Source: a virus (taxonomy: Duplodnaviria; Heunggongvirae; Uroviricota; Caudoviricetes). Taken from it: a stretch of 33,990 nt of DNA. This document shows, in pieces, positions 1-8,412 of this stretch. The notes below the pieces were generated by a model. The model was not told the origin of the DNA. It ran no database searches and saw only the letters and a program-made list of their open reading frames with translations. The stretch lies in the IMG/VR virus record IMGVR_UViG_2737471857_000019; one strand, 5' to 3'. A program made the position numbers and the translations under genes. Position 1 is the stretch's first letter. Each line of letters opens with the position of its first letter.

Positions 1-273
1 ATGCAGTTATCGAGACAAGATCTAACTGACTTGTTTGTTCGTCGCGGACAAGACTGGTCTAGCAAAGCAATTGCAGCCGCCCTTGATAATAAAGGGGTTG
101 ATATCACCACGATGGAGCGTGTACGCGGCTTAAAACCTGGAGCAATGCGTAACGTGTTTTATCGCCGCGTACCTGCATATGAATCAGCAATTGCAGAAGC
201 GATTGGTGTGGAACCGGAAGTTATCTGGCCATCACGTTATCGGAATAAAAATCCGCATAGCAACGCTGCATAG
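1..273 (+). CDS. ner: Ner-like DNA-binding regulator (Mu Ner / E. coli Nlp family); may be complete, since it starts with ATG at base 1
   Basis: C-terminal motif EPEVIWPSRY and a DW...IAAAL core resemble Mu Ner and Nlp as recalled; lies immediately upstream of the transposase as in Mu. Confidence 0.6.
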   Translation: MQLSRQDLTDLFVRRGQDWSSKAIAAALDNKGVDITTMERVRGLKPGAMRNVFYRRVPAYESAIAEAIGVEPEVIWPSRYRNKNPHSNAA

Positions 274-281
274 GTGGTGTT

Positions 282-2324
282 ATGTGGATTACAGCAAAAG
301 AGTGTGCTGGCATTGGAGGGCTACCAACACGTGAACACAATGTCAGGGCGCGTCTAGATCGTGTAATTGAAAATAAACCTGAATTAAGGCGCAAGCGTGA
401 AGGTACCAAAGCATTCGAGTATCACATCGACTGCCTGCCCGCAGAAGCGCAGAAGATTTTACGTAAACACCTGACTAATCGGGTTCTGGAAGATGCACAA
501 CTGCCTGTTGTGGCTGAACAGAAGGCAGTTAAGAACGTCACCATTCGCGATGAACTGGAGGTGATGGTCAAATGCCCGGAACTGGCATTACGCGAAGTCC
601 AGGCACTGACTGACAAGCAAAAGGCCATCGCTGATGCGCGGATATTGCTGGCTACTGAAGTGCATAAACTGCGCGAATACGCCGGAATGACCAGGAAAGC
701 CGCGTTAAAGCACATCGTTGATGGCGTGCGCATGGGGGCGTTACCTGACCGCATTATTGAAGCGGCAAATACCGCAAATGCACGTCAGGGAAAGCGAACT
801 GGTGTCAGCACCGGCAGCCTGGATAGCTGGTACTCCAGCTGGGTGATGGCGCGCGGTGATGCCAATCAGTTACTGGCGTTACTGGCTCCCGGTCATCATA
901 AGGGGACACCGTGGGAGCAGGTCTGGTGGTTGAGCGATTTCTTTATGTTCTATCGCTCATGGAAGCGACCGACCGTTGAATATGCGTATCGCGAGTTTTC
1001 AGCCTGGTGGCATGAAAAACACGCGGATGATGCGGGAATGCTGGCGGCACTGCCTTCAGTTCACGCAGTAAGACGGGTGTTAAGCAGCGTCCCGGTGATT
1101 GTTAAAGAGCGTTTCCGCTCCACCGGTTCAGCCTGGCGTTCGCTCAATCCCTTTGTGCGGCGCGACTGGACATCGCTACCGGTTAATGCGGTATGGGTCG
1201 GAGATGGTCACTGTATGAAAATGACCGCGTTTAACCCACTGACCGGCAATATTTTCCGACCAGAAGTGACGCTGGTTATGGATGCGGGGCAACGCTTTGT
1301 TGTGGGCTGGTCACTGTCCCTGTCGGAGAACGTGATAGCTGTTGCTGATGCATTACGTTACGGCATGGCACAGCACGGGATACCGCTGATTTATTACTCC
1401 GATAACGGGGGCGGCGAAAAAAACCGGGTGCTTGATGCCGATATTACCGGGATTCTGCCCCGTCTGGGTGTGGAACATCACACGGGGATACCAGGTAACC
1501 CGCAGGGGCGCGGGGTGATTGAGAGGCTTAACAAGGAAATTCCCCGGGATGTGGCCCTGAGTTTCCAGACGTACTGCTCAAAGGGAGCAGACAAGGAAAC
1601 CGTAATGATGCAGCAACGGATTATGCAGTCAGCCATTAAGGCCACCCACAAAGGGAAAGAGCTGACAAAACGGCAGGTTAAGGCGAGGGATGAAATCCCC
1701 ACCTTTGAGCAACTGATGGCCGCCATAGAGCTGGAGGTCAGACGCTATAACAACCGGCCACACAGCAGCCTTCCCCGCAAAGAGGATGGCGAATATTACA
1801 GCCCGGCAGCGTATCGCCGGAAACTGATAAAAGAGCAGAATGTTGAAATTGATTTCCTGTCACCGGAAGAACTGCATGAAATGTTCAGACCGGAAGTGAC
1901 GCGCAAAACATTTCGCGGGGAAATTCAGTTATTCAACAATATTTATTACTCGTATGAGCTGGCCGCAGAGCACGGGAATGAAGTCAGGGTCAGTTACGAT
2001 ATTCATGATGCAAACAGCGTCATTGTCCGGCGGGCTGATGGCTCTTATATCTGCGATGCCATCTGGAACGGTAACAAGGTTGATGCCTTCGCTAAACCAG
2101 TTATCGAACAAAAACTGGAGAAACGCGTCAGGGGCCGCATTGCACGGGCCACGCAGAAAATCGAAGAGGCTAAACGCGAGCTTACCCCGGCTATTACGCA
2201 GAAACCTGACTTTAATTTTGGATTTGGTCTGGAGCGTAAGGAGGAAAAGAAAAAAGAAGAACTTTATTTCTTTGCATCCGAGCGTGACCGCAATTTAAAG
2301 AAAGACGGCACAAATAACCGTTAA
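282..2324 (+). CDS. Mu-type DDE transposase (MuA-like), 680 aa
   Basis: Size and position after ner and before a MuB-like ATPase; candidate catalytic acidic residues (WVGDGH, YYSDNGG); ATG with upstream GGTGGTG Shine-Dalgarno. Confidence 0.85.
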   Translation: MWITAKECAGIGGLPTREHNVRARLDRVIENKPELRRKREGTKAFEYHIDCLPAEAQKILRKHLTNRVLEDAQLPVVAEQKAVKNVTIRDELEVMVKCPELALREVQALTDKQKAIADARILLATEVHKLREYAGMTRKAALKHIVDGVRMGALPDRIIEAANTANARQGKRTGVSTGSLDSWYSSWVMARGDANQLLALLAPGHHKGTPWEQVWWLSDFFMFYRSWKRPTVEYAYREFSAWWHEKHADDAGMLAALPSVHAVRRVLSSVPVIVKERFRSTGSAWRSLNPFVRRDWTSLPVNAVWVGDGHCMKMTAFNPLTGNIFRPEVTLVMDAGQRFVVGWSLSLSENVIAVADALRYGMAQHGIPLIYYSDNGGGEKNRVLDADITGILPRLGVEHHTGIPGNPQGRGVIERLNKEIPRDVALSFQTYCSKGADKETVMMQQRIMQSAIKATHKGKELTKRQVKARDEIPTFEQLMAAIELEVRRYNNRPHSSLPRKEDGEYYSPAAYRRKLIKEQNVEIDFLSPEELHEMFRPEVTRKTFRGEIQLFNNIYYSYELAAEHGNEVRVSYDIHDANSVIVRRADGSYICDAIWNGNKVDAFAKPVIEQKLEKRVRGRIARATQKIEEAKRELTPAITQKPDFNFGFGLERKEEKKKEELYFFASERDRNLKKDGTNNR

Positions 2325-2341
2325 TTTAAAAGGTGTTTAAT

Positions 2342-3235
2342 ATGAGTTTAATTACGCAATTAAATGACGTAATGGTCCGTTGCGGCTATACACAGACCCA
2401 CGTTGGCCGCGCAATTGGTCGTAGTAGCGCCGTTATCAACCAGTACTTACAGGGTAAATATGTAGGTGACGTTACTGACGTTGAAGAGCGTATCTCTTCC
2501 TTTGTCAGTCGTGAGCTGGAGAAGCAAAGTAATCGTCGTGTTAAAGCGAAATTTGTCGCCACGGAAATGGCAGATAAAGGGTTGGAGATGCTCTCTTATG
2601 CTCATGCGTATTGTGAAATCTGTGTGCTACATGGCGAGGCTGGTCTTGGAAAAACAATGATTCTGAGTGAATACGCCGCCAGAAACCGGGATGCGATACT
2701 GATTGAGGCTGACACAGGCTATACAGCCAGGGCGCTACTCGGGGAGCTGTGTCGCCAGCTGGGGGTAAAGGTTCGCGGCAGTATTCACGAACTGATTGAT
2801 ATCTGTGTGCGCGAACTGCGTGATTCCGGTCGTCTGCTGATGGTGGATGAAGCCGAGCTGCTCCCCTACCGTGCACTGGAGGTTCTGCGCCGTCTGCATG
2901 ACAAGGCGGGGATCGGGATTGTCCTGGCGGGTATGCCACGCCTTGTAACCAATCTTAAGGGTAATCGTGGTGAGTTTGCTCAGTTATACAGTCGTGTGGG
3001 CGTGGCGCTTGATATGGGGAGTGCGTTGTCGCCAGAGGATTTTACTCCAATAGCTACAGGATTGATGCCGGAAGCGGAAACGCCAGAAATCAGCGAGGCG
3101 CTTTACACGTATTCGCGTGGTAACGCCCGTCGCCTGTTCAAACTGGTGCGTGGCGTGTACCGGATGAGTGATGTCACCAAAGTGCCGGTGAGCGTGAAAG
3201 CCATTGAGAAATTCTCCGAAATGTTAATTAAGTGA
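2342..3235 (+). CDS. MuB-like AAA+ ATPase (target DNA activator / transposition helper)
   Basis: Walker A GEAGLGKT and Walker B LLMVDEAE; N-terminal HTH-like segment; follows the transposase. Track start 2333 is GTG; ATG at 2342 has the better spacing to AAAGG. Confidence 0.85.
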   Translation: MSLITQLNDVMVRCGYTQTHVGRAIGRSSAVINQYLQGKYVGDVTDVEERISSFVSRELEKQSNRRVKAKFVATEMADKGLEMLSYAHAYCEICVLHGEAGLGKTMILSEYAARNRDAILIEADTGYTARALLGELCRQLGVKVRGSIHELIDICVRELRDSGRLLMVDEAELLPYRALEVLRRLHDKAGIGIVLAGMPRLVTNLKGNRGEFAQLYSRVGVALDMGSALSPEDFTPIATGLMPEAETPEISEALYTYSRGNARRLFKLVRGVYRMSDVTKVPVSVKAIEKFSEMLIK

Positions 3236-3244
3236 TTGGGGGGC

Positions 3245-3577
3245 ATGGAAAAAGTGGCTCTCAGAAATGAAATCAGGGCACTCAGGAATATTGGTTGTCA
3301 TGGGCGCGTTTATTTTGATGGAACCCCTGGTGAAATTATTCCGTTTGTTGATTGCCGCGTACCGGGTGAACTGTGCGTTGATTTGTATTCCCGGGAAAGG
3401 GAAATCAATGGAACCGGAAATACCAGCGATGACTGGGACGTTGATGAATGCTGTGCGCGATTAATGATTATCCCTTTTGAGCAGAATTTACAGGGGTTTC
3501 GCCGGGCTTATCGTCTTGCGCGTATGTGTGCCCGTCTTCCCCGTTATCAGCCACGGCTTGCGTTTGCACTCAGATAA
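3245..3577 (+). CDS. hypothetical early-region protein (~110 aa)
   Basis: ORF starting right after the MuB stop with a G-rich SD; Cys-rich; no recognisable family. Confidence 0.4.
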   Translation: MEKVALRNEIRALRNIGCHGRVYFDGTPGEIIPFVDCRVPGELCVDLYSREREINGTGNTSDDWDVDECCARLMIIPFEQNLQGFRRAYRLARMCARLPRYQPRLAFALR

Positions 3578-3603
3578 TGCAGCAGAGAAATGTTAATTCA
3601 CTG

Positions 3604-3843
3604 ATGGAGAACAAAATGATGGAAAAGCAGACCATTAATGCCGTCCGTTCCCGTGCCCGTGTGGCTATCCACACCACTGGCGGTCGTGTAACGGGGCAAC
3701 ATCACCGTTTACCTGTGGTTTATGCCTGCCCGCCCGTGGGTGGTCCTGTGTGGCCGGTAACGGAAATCATCCAGACATTCAGCGGCCTGCGCCGCGTGGT
3801 GAAAACGTCCTGTATCGACGGCTGTACCGTCGTATGGCAGTAA
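3604..3843 (+). CDS. hypothetical early-region protein (~75-80 aa)
   Basis: ORF in the early operon; start may be ATG 3616/3619 behind GGAG. Confidence 0.35.
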   Translation: MENKMMEKQTINAVRSRARVAIHTTGGRVTGQHHRLPVVYACPPVGGPVWPVTEIIQTFSGLRRVVKTSCIDGCTVVWQ

Positions 3844-3857
3844 AGAGAGGAATCAGA

Positions 3858-4109
3858 ATGAGTGTAAAACTATCTGTCGAATTTACAGAAATTGGGGGCG
3901 GTAAATGCCGGATTATGATGAAGATTGACAGGTCTGACTTTCAGACAGACGAAGAGATGGCCCGCGCGGTTAGTATGGCCGGAGCCATGATGGCTGTACT
4001 GAAAGAGCATCATGAGAACGAGGTAATTGATTTACAGGTTAACGGAGGGCGTCCCGTGCAATTAACGCCGGATGCTGTGTCAGGAACAGCAGGAAATCAG
4101 ATGCATTAA
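3858..4109 (+). CDS. hypothetical small acidic protein (83 aa)
   Basis: ATG 3858 with AGAGAGG SD; N-terminus MSVKLSVEF resembles the next ORF (MAVKLEVIIY). Confidence 0.5.
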   Translation: MSVKLSVEFTEIGGGKCRIMMKIDRSDFQTDEEMARAVSMAGAMMAVLKEHHENEVIDLQVNGGRPVQLTPDAVSGTAGNQMH

Positions 4110-4119
4110 GGAGTAAAAC

Positions 4120-4335
4120 ATGGCGGTTAAGTTAGAAGTAATTATCTATACCGATGAAAAAGGCTGTGTTTTAACCCAGACCACGGGGAGTTATTCGGAG
4201 GACGGAGCTTCCGAAAAGGAGTTTCAGGTGGCAACAAGATTACATGATGTTATCAAGGAAACGCTTAGAAATGACTATAACGGCGTGAATCTTTTTTCTG
4301 AAAACGTTGCGCCTCGCGCACATAACACACATTAA
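4120..4335 (+). CDS. hypothetical small acidic protein (71 aa), possible paralogue of 3858-4109
   Basis: ATG with AAGGAG SD; N-terminal similarity to the preceding ORF. Confidence 0.5.
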   Translation: MAVKLEVIIYTDEKGCVLTQTTGSYSEDGASEKEFQVATRLHDVIKETLRNDYNGVNLFSENVAPRAHNTH

Positions 4336-4424
4336 TCTGTAAATATCACTGAGGTAATTTAATTATGACGGCTGAAAATAAAGTTAAGCAATACACGAAA
4401 ACTTAAGCGCCTGAAGGTTATTGG

Positions 4425-5009
4425 GTGGATGCCCGTGGCGTAATGACACCTGAAAGCCTTATCAAAGATATTGACCGCGACCGCGAGCAGCTGGTCGGTG
4501 AGCTTGTGGAGATGGTGATTGCTGCCTCCGCCTCACTGCGGGAACTGAAACTGCGTGCGTTTGGTGATATCCAGGCATTTATTGACCTGTCGGCGGAGAA
4601 ATACGGCGCTGTGAAAGGCGGCAAAAAAGGCAATATCACGCTTTACAGCTTTGACGGGCGATACAAGATTCAGCGCGCCATGCAGGACCGTATCGCGTTT
4701 GATGAACGCATTCAGACCGCGAAGTCGCTGATTGATGATTGCCTGGCTGACTGGACGGAAGGTGCGCGCCCTGAAATTAAAGCCATCATTAGCGAGGCAT
4801 TCAGCACGGACAAGGAAGGCAACATTAACACAGGGCGCGTTCTGGCCCTGCGTCGCCTCGAAATTGAGGACGAACGCTGGAATAACGCCATGATGCTGAT
4901 TGGTGAAGCCGTCCAGGTGATTGGCAGCAAGAGCTATATTCGTGTGTATGAGCGCGTTGGTGATTCTGATGAATACCGCGCAATCCCGCTTGATATTGCA
5001 GGGGTTTAA
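4425..5009 (+). CDS. hypothetical early protein, possibly DUF3164-like (194 aa)
   Basis: GTG start with GAAGG SD; size and position fit a family I recall from Mu-like prophages; assignment from memory only. Confidence 0.35.
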   Translation: MDARGVMTPESLIKDIDRDREQLVGELVEMVIAASASLRELKLRAFGDIQAFIDLSAEKYGAVKGGKKGNITLYSFDGRYKIQRAMQDRIAFDERIQTAKSLIDDCLADWTEGARPEIKAIISEAFSTDKEGNINTGRVLALRRLEIEDERWNNAMMLIGEAVQVIGSKSYIRVYERVGDSDEYRAIPLDIAGV

Positions 5010-5010
5010 C

Positions 5011-5244
5011 ATGCATCAGGATATCAAAGAGTACAGAGCCGGAAATCGTTGCGCGGCGTATTCGCTGGGTGCATCCAGAGCAGAACAACGCGGCGATTAT
5101 GATGAGGCAGAAAAACTGTGGCGCAAGGCAGCGCAAAGCCCGTGTAGCACCCTGCGCCGCATCTGGGCTGAACATCGTGCGGAGTTCTGCGCTAACGCTC
5201 ACCTGAAGGGCTGGAGGCCACGCCATGAATGCGAAGAACTTTAA
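5011..5244 (+). CDS. small protein, possibly ANR-family regulator-like (77 aa)
   Basis: ATG 2 nt after the upstream stop; pattern GDYDEAEKLWRKA...RIWAEHRAEFC resembles ANR-type small proteins as recalled. Confidence 0.3.
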   Translation: MHQDIKEYRAGNRCAAYSLGASRAEQRGDYDEAEKLWRKAAQSPCSTLRRIWAEHRAEFCANAHLKGWRPRHECEEL

Positions 5245-5416
5245 TAAGCAGTATCCGGTAGGGACTCGCTTCATGCACACTGCACATCCGGCGTTGCGTG
5301 GTGGTCGTGTGGTGAAAACCGTTTCACCTGCCAGAGATTTTAAATGTGGTTGTGTGGTTGAAATTAATGTCGAGCCTTATTTCGTTAAAATCGAAACACT
5401 GAAAGCACCGCATTAA
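5225..5416 (+). CDS. hypothetical small protein (63 aa)
   Basis: ORF overlapping the previous stop; no family recognised. Confidence 0.3.
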   Translation: MNAKNFNKQYPVGTRFMHTAHPALRGGRVVKTVSPARDFKCGCVVEINVEPYFVKIETLKAPH

Positions 5417-5423
5417 TTTAATT

Positions 5424-5486
5424 TGTTTTTAATTGTTATTTAAAACAGGCGTAAACCCGCCGGGCTGGCTTACGCCTGAATTAAGG
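5424..5486 (+). repeat. leader repeat copy 1 (AT-rich box, hairpin, SD) upstream of the 5497 ORF
   Basis: About 60 bp highly similar to 6049-6111; hairpin arms CAGGCGTAA (5446-5454) and TTACGCCTG (5470-5478). Confidence 0.7.
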
Positions 5487-5496
5487 GGATTTGTAT

Positions 5497-6042
5497 ATGA
5501 AAGATAAAGTCTGGGATTTTATTGTTACTCCTGAAGGTTTTGCTACCCGTTCATCTGAGAAGTTAACCAATGTAACGTTATGGACGTCATCATTGCTGGG
5601 CCATCTGGGAGCACCTGCCGATTTTATGCATGTGGTACTTGATGCACAGATTGCCGGGAATGCTATGGCCAGTAAGGGGGCTTATATTCAGGGAGATTTG
5701 TTCGCCATGATGGCGAATGACACAGCAGCGCTGTATATCGCCACACGGAACATACTGACAAGAATATCCATGCTGTCTGACTGTAAGGATATGGAAGACC
5801 TCGCATACATCCTTGAAGATGATTTGCTCACTATCTCAGGTGTGCAGGAATCCCTCCCGCGTCAGTTGCGGTTTATTGACCTGATGGAGTCATATAAAGA
5901 TAAGCCTGATTTTTTTCAGATTCGATTCAGTGGAATGGAATTGCTGGATGAATATTATTCGCTGGATTCGATTTCCCGTGATGTGAAGGCGTTTGTTAAG
6001 TCTGTTGATCGCCATTACCGGAAAGCTGAACGCTGTAGTTAA
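5497..6042 (+). CDS. hypothetical protein, visibly AT-richer than its neighbours (182 aa from ATG 5497)
   Basis: ORF with AAGGGGA SD; preceded and followed by copies of the same leader repeat; no family recognised. Confidence 0.55.
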   Translation: MKDKVWDFIVTPEGFATRSSEKLTNVTLWTSSLLGHLGAPADFMHVVLDAQIAGNAMASKGAYIQGDLFAMMANDTAALYIATRNILTRISMLSDCKDMEDLAYILEDDLLTISGVQESLPRQLRFIDLMESYKDKPDFFQIRFSGMELLDEYYSLDSISRDVKAFVKSVDRHYRKAERCS

Positions 6043-6048
6043 TAAATC

Positions 6049-6111
6049 TGTTTTTAATTTTATTTGTATATGACGTAAACCAGTCAGGGCTGGCTTACGT
6101 CTGAATAAGAG
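6049..6111 (+). repeat. leader repeat copy 2 upstream of the 6121 ORF
   Basis: Aligns with 5424-5486; hairpin arms GACGTAA (6072-6078) and TTACGTC (6095-6101), with one compensatory base-pair change relative to copy 1. Confidence 0.7.
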
Positions 6112-6120
6112 AAATTCATT

Positions 6121-6837
6121 ATGGAAAATAAAAGTAAATACATTGCCAGAATTAAAAAACTGTTACGCCTTGCCAGAGGAACATCAAGCCCGGAAGAAGC
6201 CGCTAACGCTATTGCAAAAGCCCAGGCTTATATGCGCCAGCATGGTATCAGCGAAAACGACGCGGAATTGTTCGATATTCAGGAGGCTGCCAGCGCGGGT
6301 GCCCCCAGTAATGCTGTGATTTCGCCGCGCTATATGCATGTTCTGTGTAGTCTGGTCCGCAATGCCTTCGGGGTTGAATGTTATATCTCCTTTAAATATC
6401 TGGAATCTGGTTCACGTAAATGCTACGTGAAATTTTATGGACCTGGCAGCCGCCCGGAAATCGCTGCCTACGCGTTTGATGTGCTTTCCCGTCAGATGAT
6501 GGCAGAGCGCAGGAAATATCAGGATAAACACTGCAAGCGTTGCAAACCATCCACGCGGGTGGCCCGTGGCGACCAGTTCTGCGAAGGCTGGGTCTTTGGT
6601 GCCCGTGATGTCATTGCGGTGTATGACGTCTCCCCGGAAGAAAAAAGCCGCCTTGAGCTTTACAGAAAGAACCTGCACAGCACTAAAGGACTGTGTGACG
6701 GGGATATGCGCACGGCTAAAGCATGCCGGGGTGCAGAGTTTGCCGCTACAGCCGGTTTTATCGCCGGGAAAAATGCCAGGTTGCATCAGGGGGTTAATGG
6801 TCAGAGCAACAGACTGCTGGCACTGGGGAGGGGGTAA
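6121..6837 (+). CDS. DUF2786-like protein with C-terminal Cys cluster (238 aa)
   Basis: N-terminus IARIKKLLRLA...SPEEAANAIAKAQAYMRQHGI resembles the DUF2786 helical domain as recalled; HCKRCKP...FCEGW cysteines. Confidence 0.45.
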   Translation: MENKSKYIARIKKLLRLARGTSSPEEAANAIAKAQAYMRQHGISENDAELFDIQEAASAGAPSNAVISPRYMHVLCSLVRNAFGVECYISFKYLESGSRKCYVKFYGPGSRPEIAAYAFDVLSRQMMAERRKYQDKHCKRCKPSTRVARGDQFCEGWVFGARDVIAVYDVSPEEKSRLELYRKNLHSTKGLCDGDMRTAKACRGAEFAATAGFIAGKNARLHQGVNGQSNRLLALGRG

Positions 6838-6839
6838 CG

Positions 6840-7067
6840 ATGGCTTTTAAACTTCTCAGTGTTACCGAAGCAATATACCAGCCGCCAGGAGAACGCCACG
6901 AATACAGGATGAATGACGGCAGCGCGGCGGTTGAGTTTCCCAAATATCCGGGGGCTTCCCGGTGGCGGTTCTATGACAGTGCGGGACGCCGGATTATTAA
7001 AAGAATCGTGCACAACGCCATGAAAGCCGCTGTAGAACGTCACAAAAGGAGGTTTAACTGCAAATGA
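6840..7067 (+). CDS. hypothetical early protein (75 aa)
   Basis: ORF translationally coupled to its neighbours (ATGA overlap with the next ORF). Confidence 0.35.
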   Translation: MAFKLLSVTEAIYQPPGERHEYRMNDGSAAVEFPKYPGASRWRFYDSAGRRIIKRIVHNAMKAAVERHKRRFNCK

Positions 7068-7294
7068 ATATTGAATTTTATGACTACGGAGTCACCTCAA
7101 AAATCATTGTCACCTGCTGGTTCTGGGAGTTCCGTCGCTATTGCCGGGTTGTGGATGCGGCGTTGTTTGTGGCTCCTGAAGTGCGCCACCAGAGTGGCGG
7201 TGGCCTTTTAATGAAAACCGTCATCACCGGTAAAACGGTCCCGATGTTACGGGCGTTTAAAGTGGCAAAACAGGAGGCTTGCAATGGTCATTGA
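7064..7294 (+). CDS. hypothetical early protein (76 aa)
   Basis: Overlapping-operon ORF; no family recognised. Confidence 0.35.
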   Translation: MNIEFYDYGVTSKIIVTCWFWEFRRYCRVVDAALFVAPEVRHQSGGGLLMKTVITGKTVPMLRAFKVAKQEACNGH

Positions 7295-7574
7295 TAAAAC
7301 GATAACGATCGATGTAGCCATGAATACAGGTCTGGCGCTTATCGGTTATGGCTATATCACTTTTATGTCATTCAGGTGGTTGATTTCTTCGTTCTTTAAG
7401 CAATGTGAAAAACGTTGCCGCAAAGACAAGCGCGTGAAGGCACTAAATGCGTTTAATGACGCTTTTGATATTGACCGTATGCAACAGGGAGACCCGGCAC
7501 GCGTAATTACCCAGGGAGATGTCGTGATTTTGGTATACCGGGGTGAAAAAAATGAACAGGAGGCGGCGCAGTGA
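7284..7574 (+). CDS. hypothetical small protein with N-terminal hydrophobic segment (96 aa)
   Basis: Hydrophobic stretch NTGLALIGYGYITFMSFRWLISSFF followed by a charged tail. Confidence 0.35.
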   Translation: MVIDKTITIDVAMNTGLALIGYGYITFMSFRWLISSFFKQCEKRCRKDKRVKALNAFNDAFDIDRMQQGDPARVITQGDVVILVYRGEKNEQEAAQ

Positions 7575-7879
7575 ACCAGCAAACCAGAATAAGCGATAAG
7601 AGCCTGACCAGACTGATTGCCGATGCTGACAAAATGCTTGATATGCGCGGGCCGATTGTAGACAGAGAGTGGTGGACGCTTTTACGGCAGTCCCTGGTTG
7701 AACTTCAGGAACGCCGGAGTGCCGGAATCATTCCAGTGACGCTGAGAGTAAAGGAGCATCAGGTCAGAGAGCTGGTTAATCAGTTACGAGATGTGGCAAT
7801 CAAATACCACGGAACGCAGCAATTACGGGAGCGTATAGCAACAACAGTCATTTATTCAGAACTGGTTTCAGGGGAATAA
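7571..7879 (+). CDS. hypothetical early protein (102 aa)
   Basis: GTG start overlapping the upstream stop (GTGA); no family recognised. Confidence 0.35.
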   Translation: MNQQTRISDKSLTRLIADADKMLDMRGPIVDREWWTLLRQSLVELQERRSAGIIPVTLRVKEHQVRELVNQLRDVAIKYHGTQQLRERIATTVIYSELVSGE

Positions 7880-8083
7880 TCAGATGAAAAACCGTAAGGC
7901 AAAAATTCTGTTAGCTCGCAGAAACGGTGTTGGGGTCTGGCGATGGTTGAGGATTAGTAACAGACGAGTGAGGTTGACGGGGTGTCGTGGTGTGATGGGG
8001 CACAGTTGTTGCAAAAAGCCCAGCGCGGCGCAAAACCGCTGGAAGAATCACACTAACGCAAAGTAATTAAATAATAACCAATA

Positions 8084-8111
8084 GCAGACCAAAATATATG
8101 TTTTGGTCTGC
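8084..8111 (+). promoter_or_regulatory. perfect 11 bp-stem hairpin / inverted repeat GCAGACCAAAA..TTTTGGTCTGC
   Basis: Read directly; overlaps a direct repeat ATGTTTTGGTC (8098-8108 and 8120-8130) just upstream of the 8134 ORF. Confidence 0.5.
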
Positions 8112-8133
8112 CAAAAGCGATGTTTTGGTCATT

Positions 8134-8412
8134 ATGAAGATTGAACAAATCGGAATGGCAGCCTTCCGGCAGCAGGCTGAAAGCGGTGGCGTGGATGAGT
8201 TCGTCGTGCAGCGGTTCGGTGGTGTGTATCACCTCTTCGCTGTGAATCGCCGCGCTGGTGTGTCTTATTTTCTACAGGAACGCCGTGGCGATTACAAGAC
8301 GTGGCTGTCTCTTGACCGTGCCGCCGCGTTCCTGTCAGGGATTGGCGTTTCACGTTTTACCGTGCGTTTTGAGGATAACAAACATGCTGAAAAAGATGAT
8401 CGGAGCCATTAA
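8134..8412 (+). CDS. hypothetical early protein (92 aa)
   Basis: ATG 8134 downstream of the hairpin; track start 8098 lies inside the hairpin. Confidence 0.35.
   Translation: MKIEQIGMAAFRQQAESGGVDEFVVQRFGGVYHLFAVNRRAGVSYFLQERRGDYKTWLSLDRAAAFLSGIGVSRFTVRFEDNKHAEKDDRSH

Noticed and set aside
2466-2939. Internal and antisense ORFs within the MuB-like gene (2466-2660 on +, 2541-2939 on -)
   Set aside because: Nested in the strongly supported ATPase gene, with no independent start signals.
7884-8066. 60 aa highly basic + strand ORF
   Set aside because: Composition (runs of R, W, C, K) looks like a chance frame; no SD; retained only as a possibility, not as a feature.
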